From contig CM121341.1 in NCBI GenBank assembly GCA_051530055.1, positions 14,982,784 to 15,046,783 on the forward strand: a stretch of 64,000 nucleotides of DNA, written 5' to 3'. This DNA comes from Neoechinorhynchus agilis (lineage: Eukaryota; Animalia; Acanthocephala). Every line of letters begins with the position of its first letter. The first letter of the stretch is position 1. The notes under the pieces are model-generated. The model was not told where the DNA came from. It saw nothing but the letters and a program-made list of their open reading frames with translations, and made no database searches. Of the stretch, positions 23,741-36,559 are shown piece by piece. The translations under genes and the position numbers were made by a program.

Positions 23741-25353
23741 TAGGTGCGTCGAAGAATGTGATAAAATTGTTTCTGTACTATCATATAAGCCGGGATTTAT
23801 TTCTTAATTTACAATAGCAGGTGACGAAAATTGAATATGTATGAATTGTTTAATTTGGTCAGTATCCACGACTTTGAATTGGTTGAACTTAAGAAATCCG
23901 TCTTATTTGAAGTGGGCGGCTTACTGAAAAACCACTATCGCAATATTATGCATTTTAAATTATTTACAATGCTGATAAAATGAGTCAAGCCTGTAAAAGT
24001 TATTCGTAATTGCTGTAAGATTTCGGCACAAAAGGTGCATTTCCGTTATTTACTTATGATTATCGACATTTAAAATAATCACAAAACAAAAGTAAAACAG
24101 AGACTTTTATTTTTATTTCGATTAGTTTAGATATTTTATCGATGACAATTGATATACACTGCGAATATGATCGAAAATCGAATAGTTTTTCTCGGACAAG
24201 TGATTTTAGTATCTCCATATCATAAAATTTATTATCGCTCTCTAAATATGAGAAAAATCACATTATGAAGTACAGTGATGCATGAAATGTAAAAAATTGA
24301 AACAGCGAACAATAAAATATTTGTCATCTTTTATGTCACAATATTTATCGGCGTATCTAATTGTTTCGAACCCGTGTTCCAGTGTGGTAGTGATAATGGT
24401 CATGTTTATAGGATAGTTTTTGTTTCCTGATATGGATAACAAAAGTACATCCTTTCAATGTCTCGGTCGTTTCCATTCTAATCTGAGAGGCGGAACGCTT
24501 TTCATCCCCGATAATTTTAATAGATCATCTCTTATCTGAATTGTTGATTATTGTCAAAGTACTGAACAATAATCTCTGTTAGTGTAGAAAATTAAGATGA
24601 GCTTAAGTGAACTCTAGAAATCGCAATGATCAATTCGAAAGTGCATCATTGATTTTCACAAAATTTGTGGATTAGAATTCTTTTTTCGCGTGATTTGCTA
24701 ACCATGTTTCTGACACCTAAACGAATTTTTGAGGTAACGATTATTAACAGAATATGCCTGTAAGTTTGCTGATAGTCTAAAATCAAAATTAATTGAAGTT
24801 TATTAATAGTAACACTATTTTTAATCTGTCAGTTACATAAATTGTGTCGGAAAAATTCAAGTGAACTAAATGTAAAATTCATTGGTGCTGAAAATCAAGC
24901 TTACATTTTTGATGCTGTGGGTTTGACATAAGATTCATTTTTTTCTGACGATGAATTAGTCTACTTTGAAGCGAATCCTTTCGGGACGAATCATTATTCC
25001 CAGGCTTTTCACAGAAAGCGAGATGTTACCATTTAAAAATGAATTTCGATTCTTGGTCATGATTTTGACGGAATTAGTAAAAAATTCTCAGAAGATCGAA
25101 ACGTTACTGACATTGCATTTCATTACTATAGTCGCAAAGAAAGTGGAGTATACAGACGGAACAATGGAAAAACAGCATATTTTGTTCTCGTTTTTAGATG
25201 ATTAAATACAATAGAAGAGGGCACCAAAAGCTTAACAAAAGACAATGTATTCGTCTTTTAGTGAAACGTATTAGAAATATGAGATGTCACAGCGTCGACG
25301 CCTCTTGATATTCAAAAACCTTTCAAATTCAAGTTGCGCAAAAGTATATAAAA

Positions 25354-25872
25354 ATGGCGATTCCCGTAGCTTATATCCGAGCGGCTCGTTCATCTTTATT
25401 GACAATCATGCATATTCATATCCTTGTTTCGTTAGTGATCACATTCCTATTCGTCGACGATTCAGCTGAATTCAGGCAATCGACACATCTCGATCAGCAA
25501 TTGGCAGCTCACAAAAACATATTAAAGTTTTTACATCTCCCAATGATCCTTGTTATAGTTCTATCGAGCATAAAAGCAGGTATTCTTGTGAAATATTGGA
25601 AGTTCCAGAAATTGGAAATGATAGGAATTTTCGCTCTTCAAATTTCAATTGCCATTTTAAGTGTATTTGCGATCTACAATGAACAAGGGATCTTGCCCTG
25701 CGTTGCTATAGCGGGAACTTCTGTTCTGACTTCCATTTTGAGATTGATGATAGAATATTGTGAACACAAGCTTCATGGAGAGCGGCCTCCGTGGGAACAG
25801 CCAGGGGCAGAACTTGTGATGAATGCACGCCTTGCTGTTCACTGTAATGGACATGCAGCTATAATTCCGTGA
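25354..25872 (+). CDS. Hypothetical 172-aa membrane protein, about 4 hydrophobic segments
   Basis: ATG-initiated ORF with four long apolar stretches; family not recognised. Confidence 0.6.
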   Translation: MAIPVAYIRAARSSLLTIMHIHILVSLVITFLFVDDSAEFRQSTHLDQQLAAHKNILKFLHLPMILVIVLSSIKAGILVKYWKFQKLEMIGIFALQISIAILSVFAIYNEQGILPCVAIAGTSVLTSILRLMIEYCEHKLHGERPPWEQPGAELVMNARLAVHCNGHAAIIP

Positions 25873-26514
25873 CATAAATATTTTTTGGAAGAGCATAAAT
25901 TGTTTCACGGTTCTTAAGGGTGACTTGGTTGGCTGCTCTATGTATGAAATGCGGAGTCTGAAAACTCTATAGATTTCAAAACACTTTTGAACAACCGTTA
26001 TGCGTCATTTTTTTCCAGATAACGACATTCAGCATAATTCACCAAATAATTCCTTCTGAAATAATTAGCTACCAAAGTTCTTCTCCCGTAATTTTTGGTA
26101 TGGAACTTGATATTCGTAAACAAAATGTGGAGTACTTTTCGAATCTCGAAAAGTATCAAGTCGCTAAATTCCGGTAGGTCATTCTGCCTATCATTATCAA
26201 CATATTCCGAACTTCTCTAAACCGTGTAATTTATCAAAGATTTATCAATATAACGTCAACAAAAGGTCACAATCTTCGACTGCTTAGCTTGTTTTCTAAG
26301 AAATTCTTAACAACTTGCTGCGTTGGGTTGTTGCTGAGTATAAATGTTCAAATCAATATCCCATATTATGGAACACATTCCTTTTAAGTGTAAATATTTG
26401 TTTCCACCATATTTATAGCACACTATCAATTACTAATTTGTGATATTAACATCTATACCAAAAATATTGATTGAATTCACCAGAGAAGTATCGTGAATTC
26501 GTGATAACTTCAAT

Positions 26515-27780
26515 TGTATAAATATAGAATTTGCAATTCTTGTGCAGGAATGTAAAACATCCATGCTTTCCATCTGCGCTTCTCATTTAAAATAAAAAAC
26601 AGAACGCGAAGATATGAACGCGCTTTAAAATATAGAATTTGTATTTCTTGTGTAGGAATGTAAGACATCCTTGCTTTTCAAACGCTTTTTTCAATGGAAA
26701 TAAAAAACGGAACGCGAAGAAAATTCGATCGTAAAACATCCATGCTTTCCAAACATTCATCTTAATTATAACGCGAGACAGAACGCTAACTCATGAACGC
26801 GATCTATAATATCGGGTTTTTATTTTCGAAACGGCTTTAATATATAATCATTTACAGAGTGTAGAACTAAACAATAGTTCCAATCACATTTTCCGGTATC
26901 TCACTCGCAGTTGCGTGTGCACTTGGATGCAAATGCCAACTTTTTTCAATATTAATCGTTGAATTTCATTAAGTCCATTATGTGTAAATGATGATCCGTG
27001 TTATTAATTTGTTTAAATCGGTTTGAGTGGGTTTGGAATGATCGGAGTAAATGTTAAATTAACATTATGTTCAGAAATCAATTGCAATCGATGTTTATTT
27101 CACAACGACTTAGCAGATAAATCAGATATTCCATTGAAATTGGTGACGCAAATTTGATTTTCTTTTCTTGTGGTCTCTTTTCATTGTGCGGGTTTATATC
27201 GTGACTTCGTAAATAAAATTTACCCGAGTGCAGCCTACCGGCAGGTCCGAAATTACTACTCTATATTTTAGTTTTCGTTAAAAATGCAACTTTACCGAGT
27301 TGCAATCGTGATTTCAAGCATTTTCATTTCTTTGAGTATTGCATTCGGTGGTTAGATATGTTATTATTTCGGTCGGTTCTACATCCATTTAATGTCTCCG
27401 TGGTTTCCATTCTAACCTGAGAAGCGGTAAGTTTTTCATCCCCAATAATTTTACTCGATCATCACTTATCTGAATTGTTGATTACTGTCAAAGTACTGAA
27501 CAATAATCTCTGTTAGTGTAGAAAATTAAGATGAGTTTAAGTGAACTCTAGAAATCGCAATTATCGATTCGAAAGTGCATCGCCTTATATTTTTCCATCA
27601 CATATATCTTCACAGTTTGTGGATTGCAATTATTTGTTCGCGTGTTTTATTAACTATGTTTTTGACACCTAAACGAACTTTTGAGACAAAGCTTAGTAAC
27701 AGAACCTAGCTATAAGTTTACTGCTTGCGTAAAATCAAAATTAATTGAAATTTATTAATGGTAAGACTATTTTCCAATTT
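26515..27780. repeat. Composite direct duplicate of three upstream blocks, including ~1.7 satellite units
   Basis: 26515-26905 matches ~20500-20915, 27068-27375 matches 21950-22275, and 27380-27780 matches ~24445-24830, in the same order and orientation. Confidence 0.85.
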
Positions 27781-28545
27781 TTAAATTGCTTAAATTGTCG
27801 CGGTTCGAATAATATCGCTTTCTTCACTCAAAAGGCGAGATGAAAAAGGCAACCAATCACAGTTTGGTTCAAGTACACGCTCAAAAGTCGGTAAATACCA
27901 ACACGTTTTATTGTTAAAGGTAGAGGAGACACTGGAGCAATATGAAAGATTCCTTGTATGTGGTTGTTTATTCATGTGAATAAAGGGGAATAAAATTGTG
28001 GTAGTAGGGTTGAGAGGCGTTTTGATTGTTTGATGAAGCGATTAAAAAGTAATTCGGTGTACGGGGAAATCAATTCTGCTTTGAACTCTTAAGAACCCCG
28101 AAATTAGCAATGCTGGTTTTCTTGGCAAGCTTGAAATTGTTTGGAAAGAAAGTACACTATATATCCCGCAAATTTCTTAATTGAAATGCTTAGGATAACA
28201 CCAAGAATATGTAAATCATCGCAAAGAACGCCACTTTTTACTTATTATGTTTAAGGATAACACTACTTTTCGTTGTATTCCGCGAGCATTGGACTTAAAA
28301 TAATTTTAGTAAACAACCCAACAGCAATTTTTTACAGATTTCGTTTTAGGATAACATTGTTTTTAGCATATAACGTACTTATCCGATTCACAGGTTTCTA
28401 TTTACTCGTAGTTAGAATATTTTCAAATGGATAAAAGTTTAAATGTGCATATGGATCTCTAAAGCGATACCATCAGTCAAACCCTATAAAAAATAATACA
28501 TCGGTGGTCATTTATTTCTATGCCCAATTCACAACTGGAATCTTC

Positions 28546-29832
28546 TTAATCCAACCAGTATGTAAACCCTCTACTTGATCCGTAGCTGGAAATGCCGACC
28601 AAGTTTCCGCCATATCGAGATGAAGCTGCCTGTCGATCTCTTGATTGTGATGGCGTTTCGTCACTCTGATATCGCCGATGTCCGCTGTAAAATTGCGAGA
28701 AGCGATAGTTTGTACCATTATTGTTGTCCCAAGATCCAAGTTCGGGCTTCAAATTAGCTGGTGAACAGTAGCATATTGCAAATTCCACACAGGACGGACT
28801 TCGTCCAAGATAAATTGAGAAGGAAAATTTGCTGGTACGTCCGTCGTAAGAATTTTCTTTATAGGTGGCCTCGACATTTCTGAAGCTCGTCCAACCGTCT
28901 GTGGTAATACGGACAAATACGCGTTTATGATAGGCAGCGCGTTCATCATCCATAACCGCTATGATTCCAGTGATGCTGCTTTGAAAAGTATTTGCCTCGA
29001 GAAGGCAAACGCGTTGCCTTTCAAGGCGCTCTTTAAATCCGATTTCGTATCCAGGATTCTGGAAAAACGACACATATCCTGAGCCTTCAGTGTGTTCTGT
29101 AGAAGTCGAGGAAGATCCCGGCAAAGTTTTGTCATTTATAGTTACGCTGTATTTGTCGAAGTAAGTAACAACTGCTAGGTCCAGTCCAAGCGAATCAGCA
29201 AATCGCACAACCTTTTTCTTCTTTGTGCCATTTTTCTTTGTGTGTAGAATTGATTTCAATATATTTGTGGATTCTTCAGCCTGTACCTGAACTATGGGAC
29301 CATCCTCGAAGATTTGGTCATTTGAAAGACTCGCTAATGGTTCCATGTTTTGCGGCGGTAAAATTTCTGTACCCGACTGTTCAATTTCCTTCTCTTGGGC
29401 TCGACCAAGCGTCTTTTCGGCTTCAACTTCGGCAATGGTCATTCGACATTCTCCATCACCCGCCAGATTCCTTTCCAGTAAAACTTTCGACCTGTTAAAT
29501 ACTCCCTCGATATAAGCACTTAAAAATACGTCGCGACTTGAACCATTTTCTGCAACGTTAGCCATTTTCATAAATTCCAGTAGCTTGTCAACACTTTGGG
29601 CCTTTCGGTTCTCACGCAAATTGTTCCAAATTTGTGTATTTTGTTGATGTTGTGAATTCATACGACCGTTAATGATGCAAGGTACGGATGAACTACGGCG
29701 TATAACGGGTTTCTGATTTGGCGATCCCTTCCCTGTTTCACGACAGGTACTTGGATTTTGTTGATTTTGCATAATCGCAATCGAAATATCCGATAGTATG
29801 CTAGATGGAGAAAAGTTATCGCTGATAAGCAT
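28546..29832 (-). CDS. PPP1R3: Protein phosphatase 1 glycogen-targeting regulatory subunit (CBM21 domain)
   Basis: RVxF docking motif KKVVRFADSLGLDL; CBM21 motifs RVCLLE, KRVFVRITTDGW, EFAICY and WDNNNGTNY. Intronless ORF. Confidence 0.9.
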   Translation of the reverse strand: MLISDNFSPSSILSDISIAIMQNQQNPSTCRETGKGSPNQKPVIRRSSSVPCIINGRMNSQHQQNTQIWNNLRENRKAQSVDKLLEFMKMANVAENGSSRDVFLSAYIEGVFNRSKVLLERNLAGDGECRMTIAEVEAEKTLGRAQEKEIEQSGTEILPPQNMEPLASLSNDQIFEDGPIVQVQAEESTNILKSILHTKKNGTKKKKVVRFADSLGLDLAVVTYFDKYSVTINDKTLPGSSSTSTEHTEGSGYVSFFQNPGYEIGFKERLERQRVCLLEANTFQSSITGIIAVMDDERAAYHKRVFVRITTDGWTSFRNVEATYKENSYDGRTSKFSFSIYLGRSPSCVEFAICYCSPANLKPELGSWDNNNGTNYRFSQFYSGHRRYQSDETPSQSRDRQAASSRYGGNLVGISSYGSSRGFTYWLD

Positions 29833-32800
29833 TTTATGAAATGTACAAGCGTGAAACCCTCTACAGCCGTAAAAGTAAAGATTATCTGGAAATCATGTAC
29901 ATCCGAACGTTGATTGGCCGAAACGTTGGGGTGCCGTTTACAATGCCACAGGGGAGGGGTGATTATAATCGTTTCAAGTGTGAAATATCTATGCTTAATT
30001 GGATAAAAAGCATGATAGGAAAAGATTAATAATTAGAAATCGCTACGTGGCAAGGTTTCTTTTTGATCTAAAGAAAACCTCCAATTCAATTAATAACACT
30101 TATAACCGTGATATCTGTGAAAAATTGATATAATCAAAGGCGGAAACGTGCACATGAGAGAATTAGACATGGTAGGGTATTATAAACAACACTTATAAAC
30201 ATGATTATTTGCAAAATATTGTCTATTTTTGAAAGCATAAAGGTTAATTTTTAGTTAGTAAAAAAGCATAAAATTATATATCAATCAGCTGTGCTATTCA
30301 GAAATGGAGGCAATGGAGGACAAAGGTGTTTAGCCACTCCCACCGAACTTTTATAAAAATTAAATGCTGAAAAACAACCTGAAAACCCAGTATAAGAATT
30401 TTATACTGCTTATATGTCTTTATTCATGATTGTCATAAACCTATTTATCTCCACTTGAAGTGCCAAGGGTTAACTCACTAAAGGCAAAAATGTGTACGAT
30501 TTCCTTTAAAAAAAACCTCGCGAATCGGTCACTTTCTTTGTTGTTGACGTTAAAGTCTCAAAATAAACGAATGTCGACGAAATCTATTCTTCAAACACGC
30601 CTAAAGATTTCTCACTTCTAGGGTCATTGGGAAATTTAAAGAGTTTTATGCATGTCACGCGGTTATTGATATGGGCAAAACAATTGCTAATTCTGGAACA
30701 GTCTAGATGGTTGTTCGATTCCCTCCTAAGAATCGGATCCGAAATGGAAGAGTTTAAAGCGCGCCGGATATATTGGACATCTAGCTATTAATGATTCTTG
30801 GCGAAAATCTGAGCAGTACCCAAGTAATGAGATTTATCGGAAGTAATTTGCTCTGCTCTTACGTTGACTTCAATTTCCGAGATTTCAACTAAAATTAGGC
30901 TTCAGATTTTTCGGCTGGTAATAGAAAAACAGCTTCTAGATAATCCCAAGCTTCTTAGACGAACGCATTTTGTTGGCATTTGTTTATTTGGTGTCCATTA
31001 GACGAGTCGTTAACTTTGGAACTCATCTCTATTTATCATCATAGAAGACATCCACTCCGCCTATTTGGCGCGCCGATGATTGTTCGTGTGATGAACACTT
31101 GATGTAAAAATGAGACTGCGAAATTTCGGTTACATCTTGGCACCGTATGCGTCTGCACTTACATACAGAAAAAGTTGGATGTCTGTGAGTGGCAGTGAAA
31201 TAGAAGAAGAAGTGGTGTGAAAAGTTAGTGATGAAAACGGGAAGCGAAAAATCTGTCTGGTCGGTTATTGTGCAAAGGCGCAACCGTTAAATCCAAGTGG
31301 ACATTTTAGCAAATAAATCTTTAGCATGTAGGATTATAAGGCATTTCCAGCTTAGTGCACTTACTAGTGAGGTTTCCTTTGACTGGTTGAAGATTACAGC
31401 GAGCTGAAGGAATTTCTCAAGAACCAAAATTATCCGATTTCTCTGCTCGATGTTTTCTATGAGTAAACCCTAGCCGCGAAAAAGGCGTGCACGTGATAGT
31501 GTTAAGGCGTGCCTAAAGACGTTCAACGAGGCCATCACAACAATAGATCATGAGTTTTGTCTCGCCTCGGGTAAAAAAGGACGAAATTACTTGTATAATG
31601 CGTGGTTGAGCAAGAGAGACATCTCCGGCAAGACAGAAATCGTCAGGAGTTGTCACCATCTTATGCGATTTGCAAATGGAAAAACTGCGTTATTGCAGTT
31701 TAATTTTAGTGGCCTTTAAGACAGTCGAAATGATAACACATAATTAATCGGTTAGCCGACAAAATTCTAGCAAGGACGAAAGTTTGTTGTTTGAGACATC
31801 GGCTGTTTCTAAATACTTACCTTATTTGTAAAGCGATTACTGGCTCTTAAAATATAGATCCAAAAGTATTAGGTGATAGTAGTTGAGATGTGTGATAGTT
31901 AATGTACACTAAAATGAGATTGCAACGATTCACAATGTTATGAAATCCAAAACCACAAGTGTACTAACCTTTTTAGCTACGTGGTGAAGAAAAACACTCG
32001 TTTTTATCCAACAACCCGTCGAAAAACATCGTCAAAACATTTCGGCGTGATTGACTAAAACTTTTAGAGTGAAATCTCGACTTATCATGAATGCTGTTTG
32101 AATCCCAGTTGCCGAATGTAATGAAATGTACGCACATCTCCTCTCTTCATCCTTTGAAAACTGATTTTTTTTATCTCAATTGATGCACGTTTATTCCTAT
32201 AAAATATAGAAATCATTCTATGTTAATCGTTGCCATTTTCATTAGTTTCGAAGAAGCTAACTTAATCTGCGCTCCAGACGACTGCTTTACAGAGCACCTC
32301 GTGCAGTTTTACTAAATACAGTTATCAAAATCAATAGTAAATTGCAGCACATTATGTATGTCGATTAGTTTTCCGGGTGATCGGATTAGTAAATAAAAAT
32401 CCAAGATGTCTTCGTATTATCATGTGTTAGAGAGGAAATTCAACCTTGCTTGATATTCATTTGTTCAGATATCGCGCAATTCTAGAACGTGTGCAGCAAT
32501 AACAGCGTCAAGTATTTTTACCATATTCAATCCACACCATAATAAAACATCACCGACATAACAACGCGTTTTAAGATAAACCGTTGAACTTATATTTAAA
32601 CTTCCTTCTTTATTAAGCATTTTAATAAGAAAGACCCATCCTGAGTATGTCTTCAAATCATAAAAATTTCGATACTTTTCAGAATTAAACATTGTATGTT
32701 TACTGAATTTTTGGGATCTTTTTACTACAACCACCAGCGGCCTAATGGGATTTCTGAAATTGTTCCCTTTACTCGAATATGTATTTAATCATAAAAGGCG

Positions 32801-32898
32801 ATTTACATCGCGAAAAACCTTAAGGTGATTAGAACATGAAAGTCGATTAGATATTCCTTTAATTTTTTGAAGTCTGACCAGCCGGTAACTTTTCAGTA

Positions 32899-33126
32899 TC
32901 TATGTGTGGCTTATTTCACGGCTGATAATTTTCCTTGGGCACACAGCCCACCGATCTGGCTCAGGAAAGCGCATAAAATCACTTATCTGAGGATCCGGAG
33001 GGATACGTACAAAACTCATAACCGTATGGTTTAGGGTATTAAGTGATTTTATGCGCTTCCCTGAACCAGATCGGTAGGCTGTGTGCCAGAGGAAAATTAT
33101 CAGCCGTGAATAGGGCCACAAATAGA
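32899..33126. mobile_element. Fold-back element with ~87-bp imperfect arms
   Basis: Arms tctatgtgtggc...gcgcataaaatcactta and taagtgattttatgcgc...gccacaaataga; homologous to 50294-50474. Confidence 0.8.
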
Positions 33127-33974
33127 TGTTTCTTTAAGTTCAACATTGTATTAAAAATCGACGGAAAATTTCAGAAATTATCTTCATTTAAAATTGTTAC
33201 TTAAAATCAAACGCAACTGTGTTATGAGGCGGCTTTAAGGCGAGATGTGACAATACATCAGAAATGACATATCCGATATTGATGCGCATATAATCGCATT
33301 CATTTCTAAGCCTTTATTATGTCAACAGCACTTCTTTATCTGTTGTATACAGGTCTCTTGGGTAAAAACAAGTGTAAACATCGATTTTTTCATGTGAATA
33401 AACAACATTTTATTGGATGCGTCAACTCATTTGCTTAACTCCAAAAGTTCCGTAAATTTGGGTTGGTTATTTTGAGGGAATGAGTTTTAACCGTAGTGCT
33501 TTTCGGACAAAATTAAGGATGTGATACACTGTATAAATGGATCTTTTTATAGTCGACATTTTCAAAGCTAAAGTGCATTCCATAATTAGCATAACTCTAA
33601 AGTGCTTAATTCAACGAAGTGCTGCGTAAAACGCCTGGCTAAAAAAGAACAAGTACCTCATGCTGAAATATGAATCTCATATAGAAATGCAGTGGAATTT
33701 AAGTCGATTAGATTAAGAATTGTTTGTTTTGTAGTCCTTTCGGAAAACATTATTCATGCAAAACGTGACTAGACGATACTGCAAAATTTCTTTACGATCC
33801 TTTTTTCGCTGAATACAAAATTATATTTTTTAAGAGAGGCATCGGCGTTAGATAGATATTTCGCCGCTAAGTGATTTGTTGTGTATTCAAATAAAAATGT
33901 CATAAACGCGATTTGATCTTCATGCTTGAATTAAGAAAAGTGTCTGTTTCATTAAAGTTTCTATGGTACAACGA

Positions 33975-35050
33975 TGATAAATGACCGACGACAACGATGC
34001 CACTACCACCGACGACCCCGAGCCCGTCCCCTCGCCTCGCTCGGAACCTGGATGTTAGACCACAATATGAAGACGGAAACTTACCCGCCTGAAACAAGCC
34101 AAGTGAAGGGAACATCATCAATACGTCACTTTCAACTTCATCAGTCAAAGGTGTCACACGACCGAGCTTCTCTATAGGATTATGTGAGGTTTGTGATGGG
34201 ATTTTCTCCCTGACGAAAACAGGAGTTCTTACGGTCTATGGACCCCGTAATTCACGCTGCGGTGGTTCCGGTTCACCCTCTAAGTCCATTGATGGTGTGC
34301 GCCAGAATCCTCTCACGACATCACCAGTACAAAATGAAATTCCAAATGTAGGGAATATTGTGCGAGAGTTCTGCCCAGGAACGTTCTGAAAAGAATCCCA
34401 AGGGGCACGGGATATCAGGCCGCAAAAAGAGATTCACCGCTTTATTGACAGACTGTATCGAGACTAACTCAGAGTTGTCGTGGATGTGTCTCTCTGTGTT
34501 CCCTAGACTAGTATTTTCCGGAAGCAGAGATTGCCAATCTTCAATCGCAACTTTCGGTGCTGTGCGAACGAGTTGATGAATTATCTTTACACGATGCTCC
34601 GTTCCTTATCAAGAAAACCCACTTCATTCCAAAATCGTTGTATAAGCTGCACACACCGCGTTTTTTTAGACATAAGGGTAAGGTGGCAAGTTTAGATGAG
34701 ACGGTGAAAGCCTCTCTCGAGAAAATTTTAAATACTCAGCTGTCGGACGAGGCTTAGCGTCAAGCGTCCTTGCCTGTGTCGTCCGGCGGTTTGGGTATCC
34801 GAAAAGCAGCCGACATTTCTCTGCCAGCCTCTTATTTGGGATCGTATGAAGTCAGCCGCAAAATGGTTCAATCTTTTTTTGACGAGAATTACACTTTGGA
34901 TGAAGATTTAGTGAAGGCTCTTAATCTTTGGTGTGGAGACCCAGGCAGCGAGCAAGTACACGTCAATGGTTGCAAACAATCAGTTTGGGACTCACCCCTG
35001 GTAGCGAGAATTCATAACTCTTTAATTTCAGATTCTCATACCTGGTGAAC
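33975..35050 (+). mobile_element. Decayed, internally deleted CRE-like retrotransposon
   Basis: N-terminal zinc-finger-like CDGIFSLTKTGVLTVYGPRNSRCGGSG (~34195-34275). The later frame with stops, LCERVDELSLHDAPFLIKK...RQASLPVSSGGLGIRKAADISLP...KQSVWDSP, aligns by eye with 12257-13438. The RT core is missing. Confidence 0.7.
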
Positions 35051-35836
35051 CGAACTCGATTGACGGCAAAGGGCAGAGCGCGATGAACCTCAGGCTAGTG
35101 CAATGGAATGAAGGAGGGCGTTGGGCATTTCACGTCTAAAACCACAGCTAGGAAAGTATGGCATGTTTTTTATACAAGAAACCAAGCCCATCTACTCGCT
35201 GACCGATCTTCCAAGTAACCTCAGTAGTTTTATAACTCATAAGGCCTTTTAACGTTGTTTCAACCATATTTCCTACCTAAACGTATCTCTGAATTTGTAT
35301 CCCCAAACTTGTCTTATGCGATTTTTTCTATTACCCGTAATAGGAATGTCTTTTAGCATGTAATATCTACATCAGAGCCAATAAAATTCATTTATCGGGC
35401 CGTAAAAAATATTTTAAATTCCGGGATAGATTTCATCTTCGGAAATTTTAATGATCCATCCAAGAAATGGTTACGAGCAGTTATTAAGACAACCGATTCC
35501 CATGGTATTATCTCCAACAATTTTCTCACATTTCAGTTGCCCTCCTCCCTATCCTATTTGGACCTATGGCGGAGGAGATGTGCAATAAAACCGCTTGCCG
35601 CTTCTCAGAGCTCCCTTTTTCGAAAAGCCGGTCACGATTGTATCATATGGAGCTCAGAAAAGAATCTCCTACTTTGTAAGAAATTTAAACTCGGGTTTCT
35701 AAACATCCACCACTTTAACACTGCTTTAAAATTCTTTTTCACCGGCAACAGGAGCGTTACGCTAGGAGAGATCAATAATTTTTTAATATCTTCCAGCACC
35801 AACTTCTTCACTACGGTCAAACAAGTTAACAACACG

Positions 35837-36440
35837 TTTTATTTATTTATTTTGTTTAAGAAGAGGACCCATGTACCTCTGGATCCTCGTGATCATTTTA
35901 GAGTGGATGACGGATTCGGAGTGGATGACGGATCCGGTTTGGATGACTGATCCGGAAAGGATGTTGGATCAGAAGTGGATGACGGATTCGGAGTGGATGA
36001 CGGATCCGGAATGGATGTTGGATCCGAAGTGGATGACGGATCCGGTGTGGGTGACGGATCCGGAGTGGATGTTGAATCCAGGGTAGATTACAGATCCAGG
36101 GTGGCCGGAATGGATGTTGGATCCGAAGTGGATGACGGATCCGGTGTGGATGACGGATGGCTTCTGCAAAACCCCGAGTGCTCTTTCCCTTTACGGGAGA
36201 AACTTAATGTGAAACAAACAGGGCAAATCTTCAGCTCTTAAATTCTGGCCTGCTTTATACTTTTCATGTAGGGTTAGTTTCTAATTGAACAAGGACAGAG
36301 GAAGGATTAGATTGCTCCTTCTGATTTCTTCTCAATAACGGCACGTCGTTTCTAAGAAAAAAATCGTTGCTTGGCAGTAAGCGGCTGTGTCGTGAATCAA
36401 AACCTCGGGACTTAACAGTGCGGTGAGAACGCTCTGTAGC
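35837..36440 (-). mobile_element. SINE-like element: weak tRNA-like head, internal minisatellite, 3' hairpin and (TAAA)n tail
   Basis: The minus strand ends gaggatccagaggtacatgggtcctcttcttaaacaaaataaataaataaaa, and the 3' ~100 bp recur at 45206-45325. The head has a B-box-like gaggttttgattc. Confidence 0.45.
35901..36159. repeat. 18-bp-based minisatellite (gtggatgacggatccgga / atggatgttggatccgaa variants)
   Basis: Read directly from the sequence; it explains the MTDPEW/DDGSG ORFs. Confidence 0.9.
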
Positions 36441-36559
36441 TTCCATTCCGATAGTTGTTCACTTGTGTCTCACGCTATTTTCTTACCCATCAAACCAAGG
36501 CACCCTGATCTCCACTCATCTGATATCGTACAATGGTGGAGATCACGAGATAAGATTTC

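Noticed and set aside
26050-26480. Minus-strand YKYGGNKYLHLKG resembling a protein-primed DNA polymerase B C-terminus (Polinton-like)
   Set aside because: It is a single short motif amid stops, with no other polymerase motifs seen.
32465-32734. GDVLLWCGL resembling a Tc1/mariner transposase motif
   Set aside because: No DDE triad, TIRs or further similarity could be identified.
35871-36241. ORFs MTDPEW.../DDGSGVD...
   Set aside because: They are translations of the 18-bp minisatellite in several frames, with no independent coding evidence.
36370-36440. tRNA gene
   Set aside because: There is only a weak B-box-like segment and no closable cloverleaf; it is treated as a possible SINE head at most.
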